A stretch of DNA of 64,000 nt, from NCBI GenBank assembly GCA_035500505.1, contig DATJXE010000003.1:267605-331604 (forward strand). The letters are read 5' to 3'. A program made the position numbers and the translations under genes. Numbering within the stretch: the stretch's first letter is position 1; every line of letters begins with the position of its first letter. The stretch comes from Minisyncoccota bacterium (GTDB lineage: Bacteria > Patescibacteriota > Minisyncoccia > Phycocordibacterales > UBA2100). This document shows, one piece after another, positions 37,977-48,809 of this stretch. The notes below the pieces were generated by a model. It was not told the DNA's origin and made no database searches. It saw nothing but the letters and a program-made list of their open reading frames with translations.

Positions 37977-38549
37977 ATGAAGGAAAAAACAAGGAATCAG
38001 GGACGAACGATAAGAAATTCGCGAGGATTCACGCTGCTTCTTGCGGCGCTCGTCGCTTCCGTCGCGCTCACCCTCGGGAGTTCCATCTATGAAATAGTCT
38101 CGAAGGAATTGGCGCTTTCCTCCATCGGACAAAATTCGCAGTATGCCTTCTACGCCGCCGACACCGCCGCCGAGTGCGTTCTCTACTGGGACGACCGCGT
38201 CGACAAGCACCCGAACACGTTTGCCACATCGACCGACTCGACTGGCCCGTTCGCTCCGGCCGCCTCGATACTATGCGATGGACAATCCGCTCCCGTGACC
38301 ATTCAGAGCCACTCTTCGACGGCCGCGACATCGCTCGTCGGGCCTTCGGGCGGCGGTACGCTTGGTTTTGATCTGTTCACCGACGTATCCTCCGGGTACT
38401 GCGCCAACGTGATCGTGGCGAAGACCAAAGACCCCAGCACGGGCGCAGTGGATACCGTCATCACCGCCAACGGGTACAGCGTCTCGTGCGCCAACGTTCA
38501 GACGTCGCCGAGTGCGCTGCAGCGTACCGTCCAGCTGCTCGAGAAGTGA
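37977..38549 (+). CDS. minor pilin, PilX-like (no Glu5)
   Basis: GFTLLLAAL..AFYAADTAAEC. Confidence 0.82.
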   Translation: MKEKTRNQGRTIRNSRGFTLLLAALVASVALTLGSSIYEIVSKELALSSIGQNSQYAFYAADTAAECVLYWDDRVDKHPNTFATSTDSTGPFAPAASILCDGQSAPVTIQSHSSTAATSLVGPSGGGTLGFDLFTDVSSGYCANVIVAKTKDPSTGAVDTVITANGYSVSCANVQTSPSALQRTVQLLEK

Positions 38550-38576
38550 TATTGCCTCCGCGCTCTGGTGCGATAA

Positions 38577-40601
<2,025 letters not shown>

Positions 40602-40644
40602 CCTGTTACAGTGCGCGCGGAAATCGCATCTGGAGGGATTCGTC

Positions 40645-41133
40645 ATGCAGCAGTCTGTTTGGAGACCGTTAACGATCGGTACGTTCGATACTATAGGATC
40701 GTACTTCGTCGCGCTGGCAGAAAAGAAACGCAACATCAGCGATAGTGCCCGCGCAACGCTCACGGCGGGGGAAATGCGCACCATCAGGGGAAGAAGGGAC
40801 CTTGAACTCGTCCTGGCAAGCCTTCCTGAGCTCGGCTTCAAGAAAGAAGCCGCATACAAGGAGATCGCGGAATGTGCTAAAACGGCCGGCCTTTATCCTT
40901 GTCCCCCGGAGGTCGGACCATCGCTGAGTTTGCAGTATGACGATCAGCCGAACGGCGAGATCGTAATCGTCGCCATGAACCCGATATTCGTGTCCCAACG
41001 GGACTCGCGTCTTTTCGCAGTCGGTCACGGACACGTTCACGGGCGTCGCGATTCTTATTATTTGGCTGCCGGACCAGCGTCAAAAAACTGGGCCTTGGAT
41101 CGCCGTTTCGTTTTCACCAGGGGTCGGCTATAA
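40645..41133 (+). CDS. hypothetical protein
   Basis: 162-aa ORF with GGAGG SD and a downstream hairpin (~41146-41167). Confidence 0.65.
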   Translation: MQQSVWRPLTIGTFDTIGSYFVALAEKKRNISDSARATLTAGEMRTIRGRRDLELVLASLPELGFKKEAAYKEIAECAKTAGLYPCPPEVGPSLSLQYDDQPNGEIVIVAMNPIFVSQRDSRLFAVGHGHVHGRRDSYYLAAGPASKNWALDRRFVFTRGRL

Positions 41134-41203
41134 AACCCTCGTCTCGGAACCGCCCTCGGGCGGTTCCAATTTCTTTTACATGTATTTCGGGTATCATAGA
41201 ACG

Positions 41204-41494
41204 ATGACTAAGGTTGATGTGAGAGCCCTCGCGGAACTTGCCAGACTTGAAGTTTCCGATGCAGAACTCGCGAAGCTCGAAAAAGAAATCCCGGATATTT
41301 TGAAATTCGTCGAGCAGATACAACAAGTGGGCACGAAAGCGGCACCGTCCTCGCCGGAACTTCGCAATGTGATGCGGGCCGATGAAAATCCGCTCGAGAG
41401 CGGTATCTATACCGAGAAACTCCTTGAAGCTGCCCCGAAGCGCAAGGGAGATCGCATCGTCGTGAAGCAGGTCGTTTCGCGCAAGAAAAACTAG
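41204..41494 (+). CDS. gatC: Asp/Glu-tRNA amidotransferase subunit C
   Basis: LAELARL..ILKFVEQI..NVMRAD; directly upstream of gatA. Confidence 0.88.
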   Translation: MTKVDVRALAELARLEVSDAELAKLEKEIPDILKFVEQIQQVGTKAAPSSPELRNVMRADENPLESGIYTEKLLEAAPKRKGDRIVVKQVVSRKKN

Positions 41495-41495
41495 C

Positions 41496-42911
41496 ATGGA
41501 CCTCTCCAAACTCACGATCGCCTCTGCTCGAAAATCTTTGGACGCAAAGGAATATTCTGCGCTCGAGCTCACGAACGCATACCTCGAAAATATTCGAGCG
41601 AAGGACAAAGAACTGCACGCGTACCTTGAAGTATGGACGGATTCGGCGCGCGAGGAAGCGAAGAAAGCCGATGCGATGATAACGGCGGGAAGATCATTGC
41701 CGCTTACGGGCATTCCGCTCGCCATCAAGGACAATATGCTCATCGAGGGCAGGATCGCGAGCTCGGCGTCAAAAATACTCGAGAATTATCGCGCCTCATA
41801 CGACGCGACGGCCATCAAAAAACTGAAAGAACAGGGAGCCGTCTTTTTGGGCAGGACGAATATGGACGAGTTCGCGATGGGCTCCTCGACCGAGAATTCC
41901 GCTTTCGGCCCGACGAAGAACCCGCACGATCTCTCGCGCGTGCCGGGCGGCTCTTCCGGCGGCTCCGCTGCCGCGGTTGCGGGTTCTATTGCACTCGCCG
42001 CGCTCGGAAGCGACACCGGCGGCTCCATCAGGCAACCCGCATCGCACTGCGGCATCGTCGGCTTGAAAACGACGTACGGAGCAGTCTCGCGTTTCGGTCT
42101 CATGCCGATGGGGTCGTCGCTCGACCAGATAGGACCGCTGACCAAAACGATCGAAGACGCAAAGATGGTTTTTGACGCCATCGCGGGACATGACGCGAAC
42201 GACAGCACGTCGCTTCCGGACATTCCGCGAGTCCAAAAATCGATCCGAAAAGTCATCGGCGTGCCACGCGCGTTCGTGCAAACAGGCGTGGATCCCGACG
42301 TGCTTGAACGATTCAATGAAACGCTCGACAAGCTGAAGGCAGCGGGCTATGAGGTGCGGGACGTTGAGATGCCGAATTTGCCGTACGCGCTGCCTGTCTA
42401 TTACATCGTGTGTCCCGCGGAGGTTTCTACCAACCTTGCGCGCTACGACGGGATCCGGTACGGACTTTCAATCGATGCTCCCACGATCGGTGAGGTCTAC
42501 ACGAAGACCCGTGGTGCCGGTTTCGGCCCCGAAGTGCGCCGCCGGATCTTGATAGGCACGTTCGTGCTCTCTTCCGGTTATTCCGACGCGTACTATCGCA
42601 AAGCGCGCGCCGTGCGCGAGCTCATCCGCGCGGATTTCACCCGCGCATTCGAGGATGTTGATGCCATCGCGATGCCGACCTCGCCGAACCCGGCGTTCAA
42701 GATAGGGGAGAAGGCGAACGATCCGCTCGCCATGTATTTGGAAGATATTTTCAGCGTGACCGCCAATCTCGCAGGAGTGCCTGCCGTCTCCCTGCCCGCG
42801 GGAGTAGTCGCGCGCGAAGGCAAGGAGCTTCCGGTCGGGTTCCAGCTCATCGCGCCGCATCGGCACGAAGAAGTGCTGTTCGCGATCGGAAAAGACGTCG
42901 AGGGCGCGTAA
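41496..42911 (+). CDS. gatA: Asp/Glu-tRNA amidotransferase subunit A
   Basis: amidase signature PGGSSGGSAAAV, GSDTGGSIRQPAS, RYDGIRYG. Confidence 0.96.
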   Translation: MDLSKLTIASARKSLDAKEYSALELTNAYLENIRAKDKELHAYLEVWTDSAREEAKKADAMITAGRSLPLTGIPLAIKDNMLIEGRIASSASKILENYRASYDATAIKKLKEQGAVFLGRTNMDEFAMGSSTENSAFGPTKNPHDLSRVPGGSSGGSAAAVAGSIALAALGSDTGGSIRQPASHCGIVGLKTTYGAVSRFGLMPMGSSLDQIGPLTKTIEDAKMVFDAIAGHDANDSTSLPDIPRVQKSIRKVIGVPRAFVQTGVDPDVLERFNETLDKLKAAGYEVRDVEMPNLPYALPVYYIVCPAEVSTNLARYDGIRYGLSIDAPTIGEVYTKTRGAGFGPEVRRRILIGTFVLSSGYSDAYYRKARAVRELIRADFTRAFEDVDAIAMPTSPNPAFKIGEKANDPLAMYLEDIFSVTANLAGVPAVSLPAGVVAREGKELPVGFQLIAPHRHEEVLFAIGKDVEGA

Positions 42912-42932
42912 AACGCGCGGTATACTTGTGGC

Positions 42933-43625
42933 ATGGGAGTCGACACGCTCCATGGCGCCATCGGAAATATTTTCTGGTTTTTCGGCGACGTCGCGTTCAC
43001 GTGGGTGCCGGCAACTATTGGCGCAATAACCGGGACGGCCCCCGGCGCTTCGCCGCCGTTCAGCCTTATTTCGCAGCCCGTCACCGCCTCCGACGTCGTC
43101 GCGTACATGCGGCAATATGCGCCGCCCCCGGAATACGCCGACCTGGTGCGCCACTGGGGAGAGCTCGTCGCCATAGCGCTCGTCGTTTCACTCCTCCTCG
43201 CGGCACTCATGGCGTATTGCATTTTCCGCATACTCGAAATACGCCGGCACGAACGGGAGCGGTTTCAAGTCGCCGCGCACCCCGTCGCGGCACACGATAT
43301 CTCGCGCACGCAACTGCATTGGAACAGGGTCGTCGAAGAATCCATGTCGAATGATGAGAAGCGCTGGCGCCTCGCCATACTGGAGGCCGACATCATGCTC
43401 AATGAACTTCTCGACCTCAATGGGTATCGCGGCGAAACGATGGCAGACAAGATGAAGCAGGTGGACCGCGCGAATTTTCACACCATCGATCTCGCGTGGG
43501 AGGCGCACCGCGTGAGGAACTCGATAGCGCACGAAGGCTCCGCGCGCCTTTTGAATGAGCGCGAAGTCCGGCGCGTGATAGGGCTCTACGAGCAGGTCTT
43601 CCGTGAATTCAAATTGGTCAGCTAA
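42933..43625 (+). CDS. hypothetical membrane protein
   Basis: TM helix; AILEADIML..AWEAHRVRNSIAH helical domain. Confidence 0.75.
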   Translation: MGVDTLHGAIGNIFWFFGDVAFTWVPATIGAITGTAPGASPPFSLISQPVTASDVVAYMRQYAPPPEYADLVRHWGELVAIALVVSLLLAALMAYCIFRILEIRRHERERFQVAAHPVAAHDISRTQLHWNRVVEESMSNDEKRWRLAILEADIMLNELLDLNGYRGETMADKMKQVDRANFHTIDLAWEAHRVRNSIAHEGSARLLNEREVRRVIGLYEQVFREFKLVS

Positions 43626-44239
43626 ACTTCTTCCTCGATTGAAATATCTTCGCTGTCCTCATCTTCTTCGAACTCATCCGCGTCATCCTCACCGGAAGCT
43701 TGCCGCACGAGGAAACGCGAGAGCGCTCTCGCGATGGACGTGTCGATGTGCGGAACAAGGAAATCTTTTTTCGTTCGGACCTTGCTTAAGGACGTGTGGG
43801 ATGAGGCGATGGTGATGTCGAGCAGCGCGAGTCCGAGGAACCTCCAGTGGTAGGGCTGCTCAATGTGAATGTTGTTTATCTGGTGGTAGGGAATAGTTAT
43901 CTCCTGCACACGTATCAACCCGCGGCGCAAATGCAGCGCGTGTTCGTCGAGGTGGAAAGAATGGGCTCGGTAGATAACGGACGCACGCAGATACGCGATG
44001 AGGAGGAATGCGACGCCCGCGAAGAGTATCCACTGCGAGAGCATGCCGTCGGAGAGGTACCAATTCGGATGATTTGCCAAGAATCCCGCCATTCCGGTTT
44101 CCATCTGCCCGAAGGAAAATTCGTAGGCGAGGTAACAAAGCCCCGCCCCGATGAGGATGAGCCACCAGCCGTGGCGCACGATGAGATACACGAAGGTTCG
44201 CTTGCCGGAGTGGTATTTCCTGTCCAACTCAAGCTCCAT
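43622..44239 (-). CDS. membrane protein with a bacterial PH-like domain
   Basis: two TM; LRRGLI..ITIPYHQINNIHIEQ; start follows TACACT-N7. Confidence 0.75.
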   Translation of the reverse strand: MELELDRKYHSGKRTFVYLIVRHGWWLILIGAGLCYLAYEFSFGQMETGMAGFLANHPNWYLSDGMLSQWILFAGVAFLLIAYLRASVIYRAHSFHLDEHALHLRRGLIRVQEITIPYHQINNIHIEQPYHWRFLGLALLDITIASSHTSLSKVRTKKDFLVPHIDTSIARALSRFLVRQASGEDDADEFEEDEDSEDISIEEEV

Positions 44240-44441
44240 TGCGGTAAGTGTACCACCTCCGGTCCGTGCAAGGTTTCGTGGCTTTTTCGCCCTTTGAAGC
44301 GGGTTTGCGCCGGGTCTGTGGGGACCGGACAACTCAACGGGTTTTCATGTAGTGATCATGAATACGCGAGTAAGACATCGAGTTCATGTCCCGTCTGCAG
44401 GTATGTCCGGTCGAGATTACTCACATTAATGAACACAGCGC

Positions 44442-45152
44442 ATGAAAACGACACAAAGAAAAGCAGATCGTCTCGTAATCGCATGGGTCCTCACCATCGG
44501 CGCTCTTGTCTTCGGCGCATTCGCTTTTGCTCACGCGCAGACGACCATGGTGACGATGCAACTGGGCCCCGGCGACGCAGGTACCCAAGTGACCGCATTG
44601 CAGCAATTCCTCGCGCAGGATACCTCGGTATACCCCGAAGGTCTCACGACGGGATACTATGGCGACCTTACAACGGCCGCCGTGCAGCGCTACCAGTGTA
44701 AGTACAGCATCGTTTGCCAAGGTGATGTCGCCTCCACGGGCTACGGTCGCGTCGGCCCAGCGACGCTCGCTGAAATTGAGACGCAGGAAGGCATCTCGCC
44801 AGGGAACGGCGTTTCGCTGCCCCCGACGAGCACTCCGGTCACAGGACCGGACGTGAACGCCCCTGTCTTGAGTTGGCCGACGGTCTCAACATCGTCCGCT
44901 TCTGCCATCATCAGTTGGACGACGAACGAACCGGCAAATAGCAGCATTCTCTACGCGACAGTGCCGCCAACACTCTCAGCAGCCGGCTTTGCGGCTATGA
45001 CGCACATGACAGCTTCGACGCTAGGCATGTCCCCGAGCGTGATACTATCGGGACTCGTTCCGAACACAAGGTACTACTACGTCATCGAGTCGGTGGACCC
45101 CTCTGGCAATATCCAGTATGGTATCGACCACTCGTTCGTAACGAATTCGTAA
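44442..45152 (+). CDS. secreted peptidoglycan-binding plus FN3-like protein
   Basis: VTALQQFL..TGYYGDLTTAAVQRYQ; ISWTTNEPA..GLVPNTRYYY. Confidence 0.8.
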   Translation: MKTTQRKADRLVIAWVLTIGALVFGAFAFAHAQTTMVTMQLGPGDAGTQVTALQQFLAQDTSVYPEGLTTGYYGDLTTAAVQRYQCKYSIVCQGDVASTGYGRVGPATLAEIETQEGISPGNGVSLPPTSTPVTGPDVNAPVLSWPTVSTSSASAIISWTTNEPANSSILYATVPPTLSAAGFAAMTHMTASTLGMSPSVILSGLVPNTRYYYVIESVDPSGNIQYGIDHSFVTNS

Positions 45153-45235
45153 CGAACCGAACTGTGACAAAACGATGCCCCGCCCGGGCATCGTTTTGTA
45201 CGCGCACTGCAACAAACAATGGGATCGAATTTGTG

Positions 45236-45431
45236 TGCGGGGGCGGGACTGGTCAGGGATAATTCGTTCGCCGTCGCGAACGAATTTCCACGACCCTGGC
45301 TCGCCGGTCGCAAAAGCTTTTGCGACATGGCTCCGCCTTGCAAGTCCCGACGAGAAGCGCGCAGGCGCTTCTCTCCCCACGCAACAGCAACAAAAGCAGA
45401 ACGCCCCACGAGGAGGCGTTCTGCTTTTGGC
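45236..45431 (-). repeat. tRNA-trailer structured element E1
   Basis: 15-bp direct repeat of tRNA 3' end (45236-45250 = 45436-45450), inverted T-arm copy, scaffold shared with E2 and E3. Confidence 0.85.
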
Positions 45432-45506
45432 TGGTTGCGGGGGCGGGACTTGCACCCGCGACCTCCAGGTTATGAGCCTGGCGAGCTACTACTGCTCCAC
45501 CCCGCT
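45432..45506 (-). tRNA. initiator tRNA-fMet(CAU)
   Basis: 1:72 mismatch, A11:U24, CCAGG-CTCATAA-CCTGG, encoded CCA. Confidence 0.88.
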
Positions 45507-45754
45507 ATCAAAGAAAGACCATTATACGCTCGCGAGAGCCCGGAAGCAAACGGCATTTTTTCCTGAAATGAAGGCGTTTTTCGAACGTCATTGCATGCAC
45601 ACCGTTCGCAAGTTGCGCAAGGTTGAACCTTGCAGAAGGGGACTTGTGAAATATCTCTTAAGAGGCGCGTTGTACTAGACGCACGAGGGAAGCCTCGGAT
45701 CCGCCTCTTGGGAGGGTTCATGGACGGCGTGATCTTAGCAATAACATTCAACCT

Positions 45755-46525
45755 ATGAGACAAACCATTCTCTACGGGCTTATCAGCATTCTTATGGCGC
45801 TCGGCCTGTTGACCGCTGTGCCTGCGTTCGCACAAGGAACGCAAGGACCGGGCGGTTGGGGAGGCCCCGGTCACATGATGGGGAGCATGATGCGTCGTCC
45901 GCCAGGCGTGTTCGGCTCCGTGACCGTCGTGAGCGGCAATACCATCACGCTCCAAAGCAAGGGCTTCGGGAAGAGCGCGACCAGTACGACTACGTACAGC
46001 ATCGACGCGAGCAATGCGACGGTGTTCAAAGACGGCGCCACGTCGACCGTCTCTTCGATAGCGATCGGCGACAACCTCATGGTGCAAGGCACCGTGAGCG
46101 GCACGAGCGTTGCAGCGACGAAGATATATGACAGCATGCCGCAAGGAAAGTTCGGTGGGGGACCGGGCATGCGCCCGCAGCCTTCCTCCTTCCAGGGTAA
46201 CGGCGAGCCGGTCATCGGCGGAAGCATTACTGCGGTGAGCGGCAATACGTTGACGGTCACCAACAAAAGCAACGTGACCTACACCATCGATGCGTCGGGA
46301 GCGACGATACTCAAAGGCAATGCGACGTCTTCGGTCGCGGATATTGCGACAGGCGACAACGTGCTCGTGCAAGGCACCGTGAGCGGGAACACCGTTACGG
46401 CGTCATCGGTCATCGATCAGGGCGTTCCAAAAACTCCTTCCGGCAACGGCTTCGCGCCGCACGGTATCGGGGGATTCTTCGGCGTCATTGGCGGGCTCCT
46501 GCAGCACCTCTTCGGGTTCTTCTAG
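45755..46525 (+). CDS. secreted protein with two DUF5666-like beta repeats
   Basis: signal peptide; duplicated G.VT.VSGNT.T...YTIDAS.AT..K..SSV..IA.GDN..VQGTVSG. Confidence 0.78.
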   Translation: MRQTILYGLISILMALGLLTAVPAFAQGTQGPGGWGGPGHMMGSMMRRPPGVFGSVTVVSGNTITLQSKGFGKSATSTTTYSIDASNATVFKDGATSTVSSIAIGDNLMVQGTVSGTSVAATKIYDSMPQGKFGGGPGMRPQPSSFQGNGEPVIGGSITAVSGNTLTVTNKSNVTYTIDASGATILKGNATSSVADIATGDNVLVQGTVSGNTVTASSVIDQGVPKTPSGNGFAPHGIGGFFGVIGGLLQHLFGFF

Positions 46526-46528
46526 AGG

Positions 46529-46729
46529 CTAACTGATCTCCTCGAGCGCCGAGAACACGACCTCGGTGCACAGCAAAATAAACACGAGAATGATCGCGAG
46601 TTCGATCGGGCGGGGCGTCAGATAGTAGATCGACGCCCCGGCCGCGTACACCGTATAGCCGGACGCGAGCGCGAGCAGCGCCGAGTTGATATTCAGAACC
46701 GTGTTCCACAACTCCAACTCCAATTCCAT
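46529..46729 (-). CDS. small 2-TM hypothetical protein
   Basis: 66-aa hydrophobic ORF following TATATT-N8. Confidence 0.55.
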   Translation of the reverse strand: MELELELWNTVLNINSALLALASGYTVYAAGASIYYLTPRPIELAIILVFILLCTEVVFSALEEIS

Positions 46730-46777
46730 GGTTCAGCAATATACCACTACTTTGTATAAAGGCAAGTTTTTTCGGTA

Positions 46778-46953
46778 TCGGGGGCGGGATTCGGTCACAG
46801 ATAACCCGCATGCCGCCGTACGCGGGTTTCCGCGACCCCGCCTCGCCCTGCCGGCAGGCAGGGGTTTTGCTTAGTGGCAAAACATCGCTCCGGCCTTCGA
46901 ATCCCACACGCGCATCGGGCAGGCGATGCGCTCCTCGCACGTCACTTCGTTTG
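46778..46953 (-). repeat. tRNA-trailer structured element E2
   Basis: direct repeat 46778-46793 of tRNA 46956-46971 (15/16), inverted TTCGAATCCCAC, scaffold shared with E1. Confidence 0.85.
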
Positions 46954-47027
46954 TGTCGGGGGTGGGATTCGAACCCACGACCTAGCGCTTATGAAACGCT
47001 CGCTCTAACCGACTGAGCTACCCCGAC
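46954..47027 (-). tRNA. tRNA-Met(CAU), elongator (Ile2 not excluded)
   Basis: GTCGGGG/CCCCGAC acceptor, AGCGT-TTCATAA-GCGCT. Confidence 0.88.
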
Positions 47028-47056
47028 AAGCTGAGGAGCAAAGTGAGAATAACACA

Positions 47057-47234
47057 TTTGCGCAAGGGGGGCTCGGCCAAGAACAAATCTTGCTTCCGTC
47101 GCAGCAAGATTTTTCTCGGCCCTGATTTTGCGACCCATTCTACTGAATGGGTACCCCGCAAAATCTTTCGAGTCCCGCTGCTCGGCGGCAAAAATATAGT
47201 CACCCGAAGACATGCTTCGGGTTCCTTATTTTTG
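47057..47234 (-). repeat. tRNA-trailer structured element E3
   Basis: inverted copy TTCGAGTCCCGCTGCTCG (17/18 to tRNA-Asp), degenerate direct repeat, similar hairpin layout. Confidence 0.75.
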
Positions 47235-47308
47235 CGCGAGCGGCGGGACTCGAACCCGTAACCTCTCCCGTGACAGGGGAGTGCTCTAACCAGTTGAGCT
47301 ACGCCCGC
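47235..47308 (-). tRNA. tRNA-Asp(GUC)
   Basis: GCGGGCG/CGCTCGC acceptor, CTCCC-CTGTCAC-GGGAG. Confidence 0.95.
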
Positions 47309-47395
47309 AGGTTGCTTTGTCCCCTGCAAACGTGCGAAGCATAGCAAATTCAGGAGATTTTTCGAGTGCCGGGATGCGATGCTACAATTACACCC

Positions 47396-47881
47396 ATGGA
47401 CAAGGGTGTTGGCAGTGGAGGGCGCATCGAACGGCAGCGCGAGGAACCGGCGGAACTGGTCGTCGAAGAGCTGAAGGACGCCTCCGCGGTGCGGGATGCG
47501 ATCGCTGGGCTCGGACACAACCGCCTGAACGAGCGCGGATTTCTAGACCGGTCGCCCGGCGAGCAGGGTAGGTGGCTCGATCACGTGCAATCGGAGGTGA
47601 TAGATGCCAAGGGCGCCGCGCTCGCAATAAAGCAAGGTGACAAGGTCATCGGATTCGTTCTGGCTGATCCCGATGGCGTCATCACGCAGCTTCGGAGCAT
47701 CGACGAAGAAAGCACTGCTCCCGCGCTCGAAGCGGCGCTCAGGAAGCTGCGGGAGAAGGGGTTCGAGCATCCGATAGTGAAGCTGACAGAAAAAAGCGAA
47801 GACGCGCGAGAGATCCTTTTGAAGAAAGATTTTCACGGAGGAGAGTCGGAGGACGGAAAGATCATGATGAAAAAAGAGTAG
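47396..47881 (+). CDS. hypothetical protein (possible GNAT-like fold)
   Basis: start follows TACAAT-N7; KQGDKVIGFVL and GF-type motifs. Confidence 0.6.
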   Translation: MDKGVGSGGRIERQREEPAELVVEELKDASAVRDAIAGLGHNRLNERGFLDRSPGEQGRWLDHVQSEVIDAKGAALAIKQGDKVIGFVLADPDGVITQLRSIDEESTAPALEAALRKLREKGFEHPIVKLTEKSEDAREILLKKDFHGGESEDGKIMMKKE

Positions 47882-47885
47882 CGGT

Positions 47886-48539
47886 ATGCGGACCGCGCAG
47901 GAGATATACGCGGCATACCGCATCATGTCGAGCTTGCAGCTGCACCAGTTGCGCGTCGCTGCGGTCGGGAAAACCATTTGCGACCGATTTTCGGGCGTGC
48001 TCGACACGCGCAACGTCGTCCTCGCGTGTCTTTTCCACGATATGGGCAACCTTATCAAGTCCGATCTCGTGACGTTCCCGGAATTTCTCGAGCCGGAAGG
48101 GTACGACTATTGGAAAAAAGTGAAAGACGAATTTGAGGCGAAATACGGAAAGAACGAGCATCACGCGACGATCGAGATCGCGGGGGAGCTCGCGTTGCCC
48201 AAACGCGCGATCGAGCTCATCGACGGCGTTGGTTTTTCGAAACTCGAGACGGCGCGCGATTCGGATTCGTATGAGCAGAAGATCGTGGAGTACGCGGATC
48301 TGCGCGTCGGCCCGTACGGCATACTCTCGATGGACGACCGCATCGCGGAATCGGCAAAACGGTACGTCGGCAAACACCCCGACATGCCGCGCTCGCCGGA
48401 GCGGTTCGCCCAACTCGCCGAGGCCGCGCATGAGGTGGAACGGCAGCTCTTTTCGCGCACCGATATCAAACCTGAAGACGTCAACGACAAAAGCACGGCA
48501 GCGCTCATCGAGGAACTTCGGAATTATTCCATTGAGTGA
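47886..48539 (+). CDS. HD-domain protein
   Basis: HQLRVA..ACLFHDMGN..YADLRV. Confidence 0.8.
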   Translation: MRTAQEIYAAYRIMSSLQLHQLRVAAVGKTICDRFSGVLDTRNVVLACLFHDMGNLIKSDLVTFPEFLEPEGYDYWKKVKDEFEAKYGKNEHHATIEIAGELALPKRAIELIDGVGFSKLETARDSDSYEQKIVEYADLRVGPYGILSMDDRIAESAKRYVGKHPDMPRSPERFAQLAEAAHEVERQLFSRTDIKPEDVNDKSTAALIEELRNYSIE

Positions 48540-48634
48540 TATTATCGCGGAGCGTTTGCCGAAGTAAGCCCTACGGGCTTTCATCGGCGGCGCTCGGAGA
48601 AAGTGGAAGCAAGCTTCCACTTTGCTCCTCGCTT

Positions 48635-48707
48635 GCCGATGTAGCTCAGATGGTAGAGCAACTCCATGGTAAGGAGTAGGTCGCCGGTTCAATTCCGGCC
48701 ATCGGCT
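48635..48707 (+). tRNA. tRNA-Thr(GGU)
   Basis: GCCGATG/CATCGGC acceptor, ACTCC-ATGGTAA-GGAGT. Confidence 0.93.
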
Positions 48708-48809
48708 CAGGAATTGAACAGGAGAGGGCGGGGAAGTATTGGGAAAACCGTGGGTTTCCCAGGAGTTATTTTCCGACCACCGGCTCAAAGAATGGTAAGA
48801 TAGAAATAC

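Noticed and set aside
45045-45678. ORFs overlapping tRNA-fMet and E1 (also 47018..47518 and 60709..61188)
   Set aside because: They overlap tRNAs and palindromic elements and have no protein-like features.
44220-46729. Two minus-strand ORFs both starting MELEL
   Set aside because: Similarity does not extend beyond five residues; likely coincidence.
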